57,222 bases of DNA, filler included, from Dirinaria sp. TL-2023a (GCA_051941275.1; 6 parts of 6 records of this genome joined end to end with filler, not necessarily neighbours in it); one strand, 5' to 3'. Positions 1 to 17,238 are shown, counted from the first letter of the whole stretch. The notes: generated by a model not told the origin, from the letters alone. Numbers and translations are program-made.

Positions 1-699
1 GTATGATACCACTATGTTTTTATTATTAGTATTAGTTTCATAATCATCATCATCATCATAATCTAAAATCCTCGAAATTAACATCCATCCATCCACCCAT
101 CCTTCTCCTCTTTCATCTATAAATCGAATCCCGCCTACCGTCAGAAGAAAAAAAAAAAAAAAAAAAAAAAAGGCAAGCACTAATCGCCCACACCATCGTA
201 CTTTGCTCTCTCTCTCAAAAAAAAATCTTCTTTTCTAACAACCTTTTCAAACTTACTTTCACGATTCATCTATCTGACGATGACACATTCTCATGAAACC
301 CCCATCTCGTAAAACAATCATCCCACAAACTCATTATTTTGCTCGAAGGAATTGAAACTGCGCACTCTGATAGAGCTGCAAGAGAGAGAGAGAGAGAGAT
401 CGATAAATAGACATTTTATAAAAAAGAAAGCTTCGAGGGATCGATCAAAGAGGATCGAATGACATTATCATGCGAGAATGTGGAGTAGTTTAGTGAAATA
501 GTGAGGAAGGGTGGATATGTGTCAGTTAGAGTAGAGTATATAGGGTGATGTGATGTGAGCGGCAGTGAGATTCTATCTATATAAATTAAATCATATATAA
601 ATGCGCTATAAAAACACAGTGCGATGCCCTCTCCATTAATAACCAGTTCAGGACAGAAAGTAGACTAGGACTCCTCCGCTTGCAACCAACCCACGCTTC

Positions 700-737
<38 letters not shown>

Positions 738-744
738 CCCACCT

Positions 745-3700
745 CTATCCAGTTCCAGTCGCATACCTGCTGTCCCAATGCTCCAGCACCTCCTTCAACC
801 GCTCACTCTTCGTGATCTCATATACCTTCTCAAAGCTCTCCTTCGAAACATCGAACGGCCGAGCCGTGACATTAGGCACGTACTTGCCGATCAACTTCCG
901 TGGATCAATCGCCTCCTGCTTGATATTTTGCAACAGCACTTCCCTGAACGCCGGCAGGTTCGGTAGGAGGAAACTGGAGTGGAAAGGCACGTCGATGCCT
1001 GCGATCGGGATCGTGGCTTTGCCTCGTGTAAGGGTTATCGGCTCGGTGCGAGCGGCGTCTTTGGTGATGCAGTCGCGAACCAGAGCCGATAGACCGGTGG
1101 AGTCCAGAGATTGCGAGGCTAGCGCGTTGGCGGCCTGGGAGAGGATGTCGAGGGTTTGGAGGGTACCGGCGCAGACGTATTGCTGGAGTTCGACGTTGTG
1201 GTTTACGATTTCCAGCAGAGAACCGGTTTCATGACCGATGATTTCCACAAAGTTTTCCAGGCTCGCCATGTCGAAATCTGCCTTTCATTAGCTCATTGCT
1301 CGTAAGGAAAAGGTAAAGCGCTTGCGCAGGTGCACTTACCTTTGGAAATGCGGCTCGGATTAATAGCCACCATGGCATAGTCTGATCGCCCTTTACTGTC
1401 CCGGGTAACAGCGACTTGCATAGAAAGCCCACGATAGAAGACAATGGATAATAGCTGCTCAAGCGGCAAGATATTTGCCATAGCTGCGAGGGCAGAATAT
1501 TCGCCCAAAGAGTGTCCAGCAAATTTACTACCTTCAGGAACCAATCCTTTGTCTTGCATATCGTCGAAGGAAGCTTTTTCCATGACTGTGAGCGCAGGCT
1601 GGGTGAACTCTGTTGAATTCAGTAGCCCCGTTGAGGCGCGGAAAGTATACGATGGACTGTGCTCATCAATGTCAAAGAACCTTGTGGTAATAGTAGAGCC
1701 ATTGGCCCCTCGAGATTGATAAGTCAAGTTGAGATAGTTCCGGCGAATGATGGCTCCTCGACGACCACCGAAATGGATGGTAAGTGTCTTTGGATTTGTC
1801 TTCACAATATCACTGAGTCGGAAGCCTGAAGTTCCGTCAGTTTATCGTGGCTAATAAATCAGTCTTGTGAATTTTGGCTTACCATAATTGTCGTCGAAAT
1901 GCTTGTCTGCTCGGTCCCACACTTCCCGAGCGACCTTACTCGTGGCGTAGAGATCCATACCCATCTTGGCTTCCTGACTACCTTGCCCGGTGAACAAGTA
2001 GGCGGTTCGAGGTTCGTCGACCTCGCTCTCAGCTGTAAGTACGACCTCTTCAGTACGCTTGTTTCGTGCTTTGACTGTGATTACTTTCCGCCCCTCGATC
2101 ATTGCTATATGGTTTATCTCGACAGATATCTCGTCACCTGGTAGGACCATACCGCAGAATGATGCATCGAATGTTCTCATTGCTCCTGCTTTTCCTTCGG
2201 CAGCCACAGCTTCACACAGCCCACGCACAATTGCGTTAGTGTGCATACCATGAGTAATCGTGCCAGGTAGATCCGCGTAGTTGGCGAAGGCAGTAGATAC
2301 GTGGATTGGATTGAAGTCTTTTGACTCGCGAGAGTAAAGAATATTTGAAGCTGGTGCGGTAAAGACGATTTCTTCCGCATCTCCGAGAGACACAGGCTGT
2401 TCGAGAGGAAGTCGACGTTCCAAAGAGTTCCCATGGCGCTGCAGGTATTCAAGCACTGGATTTTTTGACACTGATTCATTTTCAGAGCCTCTAAATCGGT
2501 AATCCACAGTGGCAACTTGGACAGCTTTGTGCGAGGATGATGTAGATGCATTGACGAAGACCTTTCCAATAGTCCGAATACTAGCGTAAGCTGCGTTTGT
2601 CTTGTATTTTACGATATTCTTCAAGTCGAACGTTAGCTTTGCTCCCAGGATGACCGCATGACGTCCAGCAATGCCCTTCTGCACGAACCATTGCTTAGAA
2701 GTCAAGAGCTCTACCTGACTAGCAGTATCCAACGACAACTCCATGGTGGGTACCGTCCTGGCCTCAAAAGTCTGCGAAAAGTCGGTATAGGTACCGCGGT
2801 ATAGAAACTGAGAGACAACCTCTTGCACAGGCACCCCGTCCTGTGTGAGTGTGCATGTTATCTCCACAAGCTTGCCAGAGTCTTGAATTAAAATGGCAGT
2901 AACCACCGAGCTGCTGCAGACTTCGTCGCCAGGTTTGAAGAGTCTAGCTCCCGGTAAAAGCCTGTATTTGTTTGACAGGTGGACCAGCCTGAGAAGGTCA
3001 CCGTCAACCGAGAGGAGAGCTTGGACGATGCTTTTCCACCCTGCAACAATTGCAAAGTCCATAGGAGCCAAGACGGTTTTGCCTAGTCGTTCGATATAGT
3101 CTTCCCCGACGTTACCAATGGCTTGTGCAAATTGCTTGATCATCGTGTTGTCAATGACCGTCCTCTGACCAGCACCTTGACTGGCCATACCAGTTTCAGT
3201 TACTTTGCTGCCATGGTCACTACCCAGCCAAATACGATTGTAAAAGGACTTGATCCGCTCATTACGGCCTTCCATAACTTCATGTACTAGTGCATGGGTG
3301 GTTTCGGGTCTGTAATCGAAGATGAAATCCAATGGTACTGGCTGTCCTTCGGCGGTTTCGGCACTGATGAGACTGACAATTATTCTTTTATCGGCACTAA
3401 TTTGGACCTCGACTGCGGGGCAGAGAGAGTCTGGCGAATTCATGCTGATCCTTATAGCGTTCGGATCGGCGGCGAGAGCAACATCCACGGAGATTCCGTG
3501 TTTAGGGGCAAACATACGCCGTACAGGGCTATTCACTAAAAGCGACCTCTGCACTACATTGTCGCTCCTGAACAATGCATGTCTCCACGTTCCCGGATCA
3601 CCCGCAAGTAGGTTGAGCCAAGATTCGGTGGTAGGTAACTTTGCTTCTGGACTGCTATGCAGCGTATACGTGGTTCTGTCACCCACTTGATGCACCTCAT

Positions 3701-6700
3701 ACTCAGCTGCATCTGGAAGATCTTGGCTTGCGCCACGGAAGTAATCGATCGTAGGGATTGAGGTGGCGGAGCTTTGACTCCTGGACTCGCAGAAACGTTC
3801 TATGTACTCACTGTTAATGCGGTCGAGGATCACTTTAGCGGGCTCGTTGACATGCGCCAGGGTCAAATTCCTGGCGGCGACAGGGCCTTGCAAGATACAT
3901 GTTCGTTGGACATCTTGATCAACGACGGCATCTAGATCCTCGGATTGCCATAAAGAGTCTTTCTTGAACCAAGTCTCGAATTGTTCGTCTATTACGGGAA
4001 TAAAGGTTACTGGCTTCTGGCCGCGCCGTCGGCATAAGGTTAGAAAAAATTGCGCATCTTCGGCGGAAATAAGTTGGGTGTCTGCGTCGGGATAGGCGTC
4101 CAAGAAACTGTCTATCATCGAAATAGGGTCCAAGAAATCATCTGAGCTTTGGAAAATCGGTATTTGATGTTGCGCAGTGGTAGAAGATAGCCTTTCTTCG
4201 ACTCGATGGACATAGTCTTTGACCAGTATACAGTGGGATTCGTGAACCCACCGAGACTGATGTTTGACGTAGAGAAGTTCCACCAGTCTCCGCAATACCT
4301 CAGAATACGTCATATCTTCCAAATCTACAGCTTCGCCCTCGAAGTTGCGACCAAACCAGACTTTCTGTGAGTCCTTGTTGAGCTTCTGAATATAGTAGTC
4401 CTTCCGTCTATTCAGTTCTGCGACTTGCTTGGCTTTGGGCAGAGAAAAGATGGTCTTGTCAAGTTCAGCCCACAGCAAAACACCACGAGTGGCAATTTTG
4501 TGTATCGGCTGGCCTAATTCGGAGTTGACCGTGACAATGCCTCCAGCAGCACGTTTGTATGTCTCTTGCCATTTCCCATCTTCCAGACCCGGGGCGTTAG
4601 CAATCGCGATCTTAGCAGCCTCAGATGTATGGGCTTCTTTGGCCACCATCATGCGGCTACCAAACAAGCATCCGTCAAAGGGCATGTCTGGGCGACCAAA
4701 CTTTCCGGACCAGGTACCGCTGATATACGGATAAGCTTCCGCCTCGCCAAAGCCGCTACCAGCGACAAGAACGATGTTAGAGCACTTTCGTATTTTGCCG
4801 TACGTTTGTAAGATGGGCTCATGGAAGTCCTCGAAGGAATGATGACCACCCCCTCGTCCTCCTGTCCATTGCAACATGATAGGAAAGCTGGGATTCGCCT
4901 TTGCAATTTTTATAACATCTTGGATTGTGTCCACCATACCTGGTTTAAAAGAGATGTGCTTCAGACCAAGATTTCGGATGTAGTCGGTAGCTACATCAAG
5001 AGACGGTACACCAGCGCCTAGAGTGATACCATCGATCGCAAGTCCTTCTGACTTCAATTGGCGTATGAGAGGGATTTGCCATTGCATCGCTCGCGGATTA
5101 GAGTAAATGAGGTTAATAGTGATTCCTCTCCCCACTGGAACTGCCTCTTGAAGCTGCTTGAGAGCTTTAGTGAGCGCGTCAGGGTCGTTGTATCCGCCGG
5201 CTGCTATTTCCACGTGGTAGCCAGCATTCATAATGGCTGCAACGAAATCGTAGTGAACTGTGGTGGGAGTCATGCCAGCCACCATTAGTGGCGGGACACC
5301 AAGCAGCCTACTCATTTTCGTAGCCAACATTTCTCTACCAGATGTGTCCTTGAGTAGGCTAGGAGCATGGTCTCTCGACCAGTCTGCACCGTACTTTAGG
5401 GCACGCGATGGCTCAAATAACTGTGCTTTGTAGCCAACCAAAGAATTAGTACCGTTGAGCGTGCCCCCCAAAATCACATGGACCCCAGTTCCCTCTTTAC
5501 TTCGTTGCAATAACGTTCCAACTCCAGAAGTCCCGCCGGGCCCGAAATCAACTATGTGGGTAGCGCCAGGAAATGTAGTTGCCCGTGGCCAGTCGACCAT
5601 CTTCGTCATCACAGATCGACCTAACTCTGGCAAGAGATCCCCAATTTCCGCATCTTGAAGGTCTTGGCCTGTGTTGGTATGATAGACCGGTATCTTGAGG
5701 TTGCTCGACTTGAGGGAGATTTTGTGCCTCTTTAGATCATCCTCGACGAGTGGTTCTGCGGTTTCGAGGTAAGAGCTGTGAAATGGGACAGTAATAGGTA
5801 AGAAGCGAGAAGAGAACTCGAGCTTTCTTTCCCCGAAAGGAATTCGACTCTGATCGGCTCCTTCGGCGACCTTAAGACGGCGAATTTGATTATTGAAGCT
5901 GACTAAAGACAGCGGAGGACCTCCCACAACGATATTCCGGGCACCGTTAATTAGGACGATCATAATCTGTTTTTCATGAGAGAGATACTTGTTCAACTCA
6001 TTCACTTGATCTTGAACTTGGGATCGGCTAAGATTCATAACATTCAGCATTGGCGACGGGACACCCTCGCCTGCACTGATGGAGTCTTGGACGATCTGCT
6101 GTGAGAGTACAGTCTCTGGATATATCTGTTGACTGCGATAGCCGATATAGAAGAGCGTAGTCAGAGCTGATTCGACTGCTCGATCGAAGCCTTCCCATGT
6201 TGAAGCAGTAGCAATAGCAGCCGCAACAACGGTGCCTTGACTATGTCCAGTCAAGCCTGTGAACCGGCTTAATAGCTCTCCCGGCGATTTGCGAAGGACT
6301 TTGCATGTCACGCAGTAATGTACGAGCTGAACGAGACCAATCAATGGAAAACTGACGGGTGCGGAAAGTAGATAGCTCGTAGGCGGTGTGGACTCTGGCT
6401 GGCGTAACCAACGCATAAAATCCAAGGCTTTAGGATACTGCTGTGCTCTTGTCGTATCTGCTTTTGCAAGGGAGGATAGTATTGTCGATGCTCTTTCGAG
6501 CATGTCTTCGAGGAATGAGGGATACGTAGCATAGGCGTCGCGAAGCTCCTCGAAGTAGTGCTCCGTGTTTCCCTGACCGCCGAACACCATGTAAAGACAT
6601 CTCCGATTCTCGTCATTCGAACCTCTGAGCAAGGCAGGCTCGCGATATTTGGGAGGTCTCTGAGTTAGGAGGATGGCATTATAATATGAACGAATGATTA

Positions 6701-7091
6701 ATTGCTTGACCGTATCCTCACAAGCCAGCTCGGAGGCAAAAGTATGAATATCTTCCCCCTTCAGATAAGTTATTTCGAGTACCTCTAGAAGAAGCCGGCT
6801 GAGCTCCGCACGGCCATCAAGAGGCGCCGAAGCTCGCGCGTCAGCTCCTTCGACGACGTATGCGAGGAAACGAGCAAAGAGCTCCGGCTCCGAGGACGGT
6901 GAGGGTTGCGTCGGAGAGGAGTGGGCGGAGAGGAAGTTGAAAAAGCCATCTCGTGCACGTTTAGTAGGTGAGCGCAGCAAGTCCGGTACAGCAAAAGAAG
7001 TCTCAATGTCCCGATAAACCAAAGAGAAAGGTGACAAGGCCACCAATGGCGACCGCTCCGACCAACCTGTAAAGCTGTGTCTGTTATGCAT
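745..7091 (-). CDS. FAS1: Fungal type I fatty acid synthase beta subunit (AT-ER-DH-MPT), divergent, probably a secondary-metabolism paralog; 3 exons (7091-1883, 1825-1340, 1277-745), ~2075 aa
   Basis: Motifs: AT GHSQG, ER QWTGGRGGGHHS, MaoC/DH DFNPIH..TITHGM, MPT FTGQGSQ and FAGHSLGEY, C-terminal GIDVPFHS. GT-AG introns at 1882-1826 and 1339-1278 join the three ORFs in frame (6228 nt). Confidence 0.95.
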
Positions 7092-7895
7092 TATGCCTGA
7101 TTGGCAATTGAAAAGAAGAGAAAAGAATGTCTTGAACCTCGGCACGAGACAGGTTCAAGTCACAGAAGAAAGTCAAGGAGGATGCCAGGAATCATTGCCA
7201 GGAGATGTTTGGTAGGAGGTGTAGTTCATCTTCTGATAGATCATGTACCCCATACCGTAGTTATTTGATTGCTAATTACAGCAGCTGAGTATGATCGCTC
7301 AAACTACTGCACTGCACAGCACCAGCAATACCGCTGTTCTAGACCTATTTGCTGGATTTCTCTAAATTTTGCGAAGGAGCTGGCTGAGCTTTGTTGGCGG
7401 TACCTTAGAATGAGCTGACTGCGGCCGCCAAGACCAGGGGACTGTGCCAATCCCTGTACAGGACTACAGGTATCAAAACGCTGATTGGGACTACCAAAGG
7501 TAAGGTAAGGTAAGCGAGCTAAGCTACCTACCTGAGGCTATCTGATTAGCGTCTCAGATATTAATGGCATCGGTTTCATATCGTAGTCCTACCTATGTAT
7601 GGCTCCCTTGCGAGCCTCAAATCTGCAACACCTGCAGAGTCACCGCCTGTCCCTACGGGGTACCTGGCATACCCATGCCAAAGGGACCCTGGCACCATGT
7701 CGAGGATGCCCCGAACGCTACGGTGTAACACATGCTGAGCACCACCATGGACTCAGCTATGCCTATTCACGTACTGAGGGCAAAGATAAACGCTAGATGA
7801 TTAAAATCTGCCACCATGCCCTCTCATCAAGCGAAGCTAAAGGCACGACCTTCTCACTCTCAGCCATTGGATCAAGACCGTGAAACTTCTTCACA

Positions 7896-9257
7896 ATGTT
7901 TCCCCCAGCACCTCTGGAGACCATCAGTATGTCTGGCCTCAATCACTCAAACACAGTGGCATCCCATAGCTAACACTGTTAGATTGGAATAAGCTGGGCA
8001 TCGCAGTCAACGACAGCGGTGAGTACTACTTCGCTTCAATCTCAAGGAAAATAAACTGAAGGGCAAACAAGTCAATGGCCACGTCGAATCCCACTACCAC
8101 GTCGAGACCGGAGAATGGAGCGAGCCGACCTTCGTCGCAGACCCCTACCTGCGTATCCACGGCCTGTCCCCCGCCCTGAACTATGGCCAACAAGCCTACG
8201 AAGGCCTGAAAGCTCTTCGCGGACCAGACGAACAGATCAACATCTTCCGGCCCCACATGCACGCCGCCCGGCTCTCTTACTCCGCGTCCTACGTCTCCAT
8301 CCCCGCGATCCCCGAGGCGCATTTCCTGAAAGCCGTCAAGCTGGCTGTAGCCCGCAATGCCGCATTCGTCGCCCCCCACGCCTCCGAAGCCTTGCTGTAT
8401 ATTCGCCCTCTGGTCTTCGGCAGCAGTGGCCACCTGGCGTTGACCGCACCGACGGAATTCACATTCGCCGTGTACGCGCAACCGGGCACCACTTACCATG
8501 GTGTGCAACCACTGGATTGCCTCGTGCTCGAAGAATTCGACCGAGCGGCCCCGCACGGCACGGGGAGCGCCAAGGTCGGAGGCAACTACGCACCGGTGGT
8601 GAAATGGAGCGATGCGGCGCGAAGGCAAGGGTTCGGGATCACATTACATCTGGACGCCGCGACGCACACGCAGATCGAGGAATTCTCCACCTCGGGCTTC
8701 ATCGGGGTGAAACAGAGCCAAACCGAAGGATCGGAAAAGAAAGACTCCATCACGCTCGTCGTGCCCGACAGCCAGAACATAGTCCAAAGCGTGACATCCG
8801 ACAGCTGCATCACGATCGCCGAGTCCTTGGGCTGGAAAATCGAGAAGCGAGCAGTAAGCCTTCCCTCCCCTACCCTAAGTCCCCTCAACTAACCTCTCTC
8901 TCTCAAAAAAAGATTCCCTGGTCCGAATGCTCCACCTTCAGCGAAGTCATAGCCGTCGGCACCGCGGCCTCGCTGCTGCCCATCAAATCCATCACGCGGC
9001 GGTCCACGGACCATAAATTCGTCTACGGGACCGAGATCGGGCCCTGCACGCAGGAACTCGCGAAGCGGCTGAAGGAGACGATGAAAGCCGTCGTGCCGAA
9101 TGCGTGGGACTGGCTCGATCGGGTGGAGGAGAAGGATTTGCTGCTGCTTAAAGAAGAAGAAGAAGGAGGAGAAGGAGGGGATTCCGCGCTTGTGGATGGT
9201 GGTGATGCAGATGCGGTTGTGAATGGGAATGTGGAAAAGCCGGTTATTGGTGCTTGA
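7896..9257 (+). CDS. Branched-chain amino acid aminotransferase-like (PLP fold type IV); 4 exons (7896-7926, 7983-8018, 8072-8853, 8913-9257), ~397 aa
   Basis: LNYGQQAYEGLKA, LYIRP, FDRAAPHGTGSAKVGGNY (catalytic Lys), IEEFSTSGF, GTAA. Canonical introns give a 1194-nt in-frame CDS. Confidence 0.93.
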
Positions 9258-9467
9258 TCTTTCTTTTGGGGAAGGTAGTTGTTATAAGGTATTATAGATA
9301 ATATATTCAAGAAAGATTCTTTCTACACCCTTTTTTTTGGGTGGGCATCCACAACCGCCCTGCCCTCCCTACCCACTTACTACTTCCCATCTATTCCATC
9401 TATCTATCAATAACACCTCTCCCCCATTTTTTTTTTCCCCCCCCAGCACCTTCAACCTCCTTTAACG

Positions 9468-9567
9468 NNNNNNNNNNNNNNNNNNNNNNNNNNNNNNNNN
9501 NNNNNNNNNNNTTAATTAATTAANNNNNNNNNNNNNNNNNNNNNNNNNNNNNNNNNNNNNNNNNNNN
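9468..9567. other. Artificial contig linker (44 N + TTAATTAATTAA + 44 N)
   Basis: Same 100-bp spacer recurs five times; TTAATTAATTAA gives stops in all six frames. Confidence 0.98.
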
Positions 9568-9677
9568 CGATCTTTACTATTTTACTTACTTTGCTTTCCC
9601 CCACCAGTACTACTGATGTCAGGAAGGGAGGGAGAGAGAGAGAGAGAATAATGGGACTGTGTTGGATTTATAATAAC

Positions 9678-12576
<2,899 letters not shown>

Positions 12577-13410
12577 CGTGTGCCCACCAGCCCTTCCGGG
12601 CGTGCCTGACTCTGAGGAACAGCTTCTTTTACGTTGGTGGATGAATTACGCAGACCAAAATGGAGGCCGCGACAAAAATGAAGCGCTCAAAACGTGGAGA
12701 ATCGGGCTAGTTTCATGAGATCAGGATGATTGTGGCAGTGCAGTGTCGTTGACTCTCCTGGGTGCCTGTTCGCCGCACAGACGAGACAAATACTGTACTC
12801 CGTAAAATTTTGCCAAAGGTGTTGTCGACAAACCATGCAGACGCAAGTCTGAGAAATAGGCGCGGGTTTGGCAACAGATCGTTCATGCGTCAAGTGGGTG
12901 GTAGCACTACTGACTGTACCTTGGGAAGTGTCTGTCTCACTGTTGGATGCGGGGGGGCCAAGCTGGTCCAGAGTTTCACCTACCAAGAATAAGTAGGGCG
13001 CTACACCCACTAATTGCACGCAAAAAGAAAAATCAATCACGACGAGAATAATATTAATGGCTTCAAAATTTTGGCAATTTTATCTTCTACAGTCCCCAAC
13101 TTCCAAGTCACAGGATTAAAAATATGTGTGATATAAGGTACTATAGTTAACACAAATATGGCATCGGCACCGCTCCGTCTATCCCAAGGAGAACACGGAT
13201 TACAATCCACCCCTCGATCTCAAGATTTGGGCTGGTTATTATGTTCTGTCAAATATTTCTGTTCTCGAGAGCGCGACATGCTCCTAGTGACTTGCTTACT
13301 GAGGCGGGCTCTGGAACTGTGCATGGATAAGACGCCATATTTTGGGGAATCCGAAAAAGTCACATCACGAGTACACACGTCTAATCACCCAGCTGTCTTC
13401 TCGCATTCTT

Positions 13411-14292
13411 TCAGTAAGGCGCATAACCCCTAGGTCTGCCTCGATAGCCACCACGATAGCCGCCTCCGCGAGGAGCATAACCGCGATCATAGCCACGGTC
13501 ATATCCTCCTCGTCCAAACCCACCTCTTCCGCGAGGTCCCCCACGTCCTCGGCCGCCACGGGTCATACCTGGAAGGTTGGTGCGCTTCGGTACAACCTAA
13601 GCCAAGGCATGTCAACATTGTAGTAGTGCGTTCAAGGCATGCGGATGCGAACCTTTAAATTTCGGCCCCGGAACATGCTCTCATTCAGCACAAGAGCGTG
13701 GGCAACCAGATTTGGCTCCGTGAACTCCACGTACGCATACCTGCATCGTTCCATTAGCCATCCATCTCTTGCCAGGTAGCGAGAATGTGACGAGAATCTT
13801 AAAAGTGGAGACGGGCGTAGGACGTCAGGAGAAGGTTCCTTTGGGGATGACCAACCCTTTGGGATGTCCAGTGAATTTATCCAAAAGTATCGTGACTCGA
13901 TTGATGGAGCCGCAACTCTGGAAGTGAGATTGGATTTCCTCCGGCGAGGCGCCGTAGTCGACGTTTCCCACAAATATACTTCGCGCATCAATGTCCTCCT
14001 TGTCCTCACGCAGACCGTCATCGCCTTGATCCAGAGATGCTTGCATTTCACGCAACTTGGCGGCTTCGGCCTCCATCTCCGCTACTCTTCTCTTCATTGC
14101 CGAGATTTCCTCCTATGATGAGCCGTCAGTCACCCTTACCAAGAAGATTTCAAATGGGCATCGCGAAGAATTGATACGACAGTGTTCGATGCTTCGCGGC
14201 TACCAAAGGGGCAAAATTCCTACCTCGTCATCTCCGCCTTCTTCGCGAGGTTGAAAATGGTCATCTTCGGCTTTAATGCCATTGTCGGACAT
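13411..14292 (-). CDS. PAB2: Nuclear poly(A)-binding protein 2 (PABPN1/Pab2-like; coiled coil + RRM + RGG tail), multi-exon
   Basis: [77 protein letters not shown]-rich tail ending GYAPY*. Confidence 0.93.
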
Positions 14293-14761
14293 GATGTTTG
14301 ATCTTGCGATCTTTGGGTGTGAGGGCGTACCAAGTAGTAGGGACCTGTGAAGTTGCTGTGTTGGGATTAAGCAATTCCGGGCACTTCAAGCTCCGGGGGT
14401 TGTAGAGGGTAGGAAGGTGAGTCTAGCGAGAGTACATACTCGCATGAAGTAGTTACAGGGTGATGGACAAAGGGACTCTCTGGGTGCAGATTGACAGGAG
14501 GCTTGAGCTCTCGACGTTTCGGCGTTTCTTGAAATATTCGGCAACGCTAACGTTTAGCGCGATTGACCGATTCACGCTTAGTGTGACACGCTCGAACATG
14601 GATGGAATGAAGCGAAGACATCTGACATCGTCACTTTGCTTTTCCCAAGTTTCAGGCCCTTCCCTTTCTTGAACACCCAGCCCTTCACAACCCCTGTCAA
14701 TCCTTTCGGACTGTCAACATTCAGGTCCTCGAACTTCAACACAGATCACCCTCACAATGCC

Positions 14762-17238
14762 ATGTCCGGTTCCGTTCAGCGTACAGGACTCATTCCTGCC
14801 AGGCTTTCGTTCCTAGCTATCTACAACCCTTCCTTAGGCAGGTCGGAGGACACCTTGCACGAGCAGATAGTATATTATTACTCGACCCCCGGAAAACGGC
14901 AAGGTACGCAGGGCCATAATGGATCGAGTCAAGCAGAGCAGGATGCCGAAGATAGGAACGAAAGATTACGACAGATTGGGTTAGCCCAGGGCATGGTGGA
15001 ATTCGCAAAGTAGCTTGGTCTAATTCTACGCTGCTCCGAGATAAACGGGCGCTGACCCGTGGACAAAGGAGCTTCTCGGATGGCGAAGCAGTTGACTCCA
15101 TTGAGACAGAAAAATCTAGGCTCATTCTGCATGAGCTAGAGCCGGGCTGGTGGATTCTTGCGGTACGTACAAGAACCAGATCCCGTCCACCGCATCTAAC
15201 AGTGTCACAGTCGATTGACCTCACACGCCTCATCAAATCTCACAGTGATGCCTCGAGCCCTAGCGGTTTCCAGAGCGATGTGAATGTCGAGTATTCAGCC
15301 CGTGAAGTCTCGCCTCCCGCTTTAATGTTGCGGCAAATACTCCGTGCCCATCGAATCTTCCTACTTCACCATGGTTCAAGTCTAGCCGATCTGTACGGGC
15401 GGACAGCCAGAACCAAATTCTGCAGCGTCTTAAAGCGCTTTTGGAACGGTTTCGTGTCAGATTGGGACGTCCTGCTCAACGGCAACCCTGCAGTTGCAAT
15501 ATTCAATGGATTGAAGCTTGCGGCTGGAGGCGAACTGGGTGTCGGCGTAGGAGAAGAGGAATGGGGAAGTGGAGAGCGCGAAGTGCTGGAAGATTTCGTT
15601 GGTAGGACGGAAGGTCTGGTCGACCTATTGGTATCCCGCTTCGGCGATGCTCCTGTTCCGGAGCATTTGGTAAAGGGGAATCCAAATGCAGGTCATAGCC
15701 CAAACGCAAACATACCAATGGATCAGACTTTCAATCGTCCAGCTCCTAGGCCATCGGACGGTGTTATATTCTCAGGCTTAGGCGCAATCACTCGACCATC
15801 TGTCAAAACTATTTCGCATTGGGCTGAGTCTATCTCCGTTTACGGGCATGATGCGTATGGTGTTCGAGACAACCCTACATCGACCCGCCGACGAAAGCGT
15901 CGTAGGGGAAGCTCGAATATGGATTCGGGCCAGAAAAGCTCTCAAGATCAGCATCTGTCAATAAAGTCAACGGTAGGCGATGGAGATTTTCCAATAGGGG
16001 TCCCACCTCCACTCGTGGGTGGACGTACATTCCCATCTCAGCTTGTAAACGGTAAGCAGTCTCTGGAGGATGATGGTAAGAATAGTCATGAAAGAATACT
16101 GCCTGAAAAGACTGTGGAGGGCGACGAGACGGGTACAGAGACCATGATGAAATATCTCACTCTGGGTGTATATGGGTCCAAGTGGGGCATCCCATTCAAA
16201 AAGCGGCCAATGTCGCGGCAGATCTCGACTTTACGAGAAGAAGCAAAAGCGGGCTCGAGCGTCACGCGAAGTAGCTCTTCTGATACTAGCATTAGCGGAT
16301 ACCATGAAAGAATGCCTGGAAGTTTCCTAGTTGGCTATCGGGGCGAGCTTGAGGCTGAGTACGAAGACGACGACGCTGAAACAGAAACAGGCACGGAGCT
16401 TGAGGATCGCGAAGGCGTTAGGACTCAAGAGCACAGAATCATGATCAGGACACTGCATGTTGATAGGAAAACACCCCAAACCTTGGCAGTAAGCGATCGT
16501 CCAATTGATGAAAATAATCCTTCACTTAACGAAAGCTACCCGGATCGTCTTCGAGTAGTGGTGTACCTGCGCCAGCCTTTCATGTTCATCTTTCTCTTTG
16601 AGCTCCACGCAGACTCACTCAGGATCCCCGCCTTCTATCGCTCGCTTCATCACCAACTAGGCCCGCTACAGCGCCCGCTCCTGACATCGACCTCACCAGA
16701 GAAGGTGTCAGAGCGTCTTGCAGAAGCTTCGCTCCCAAGAAGTACGGCATCCACCAAAAGCGCACAGCCAATCTGTGACTTAGTGTACGACCCAATGAGG
16801 CTCACCGTTCACACCACAATACCTAATATCCCCGAGCCAGGTGCAGCCACGCCAGAAGCGTTGAAGGTCGGCGAGGGGGGTTGGAGTCGGGTGGAAGCAT
16901 TGAGTGTGCACTCGCAGATCCTCAACACTTTCACATCGACACGCCGCGCCAAATCGGAGCTTGAAAGGACGTCTAAGATCAATCGGGGTTGGTGGGTGGT
17001 ATGGATGCGCCTCCCTCATGCTACAGATCCCAAAAATGTCGATTTGTATCGTGAGGCCTTCCTGATCAGAAAAGCGAGCGACTACACGCCGTCCAATGCG
17101 AGAAAGACCAGCGCTATGTTTGGTCGCGATGTGAGCGAATCCACTACCGGCGCAGGCTGGGGCCCTGGAAAGCTAGCTGAAGGTATCGGCATTGATGCCA
17201 GGCAATACATTGAAGGACTTTTGAGCTTGAACCGCTGA
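14762..17238 (+). CDS. CCZ1: Vacuolar fusion protein Ccz1-like (longin domain), two introns near the 5' end
   Basis: N-terminal IPARLSFLAIYNPSLG..EQIVYY..NERLRQIGLAQGMVEFA, LHELEPGWWILA, GGELGVGVGEEEWGSGEREVLE; C-terminal GIGIDARQYIEGLLSLNR. Confidence 0.8.

Noticed and set aside
145..400. Poly-A and (GA)n tracts near the window start as retroelement tails
   Set aside because: Simple-sequence tracts like those at the other contig ends; no element body or target-site duplication.
8115..9257. 380-aa ORF as a separate protein
   Set aside because: Off-frame read-through of the BCAT gene; only its last part (exon 8913-9257) is real.
9512..9523. TTAATTAATTAA inside each N-run as a biological repeat or transposon target site
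   Set aside because: Identical placement in five 100-bp spacers; it is an assembly linker.
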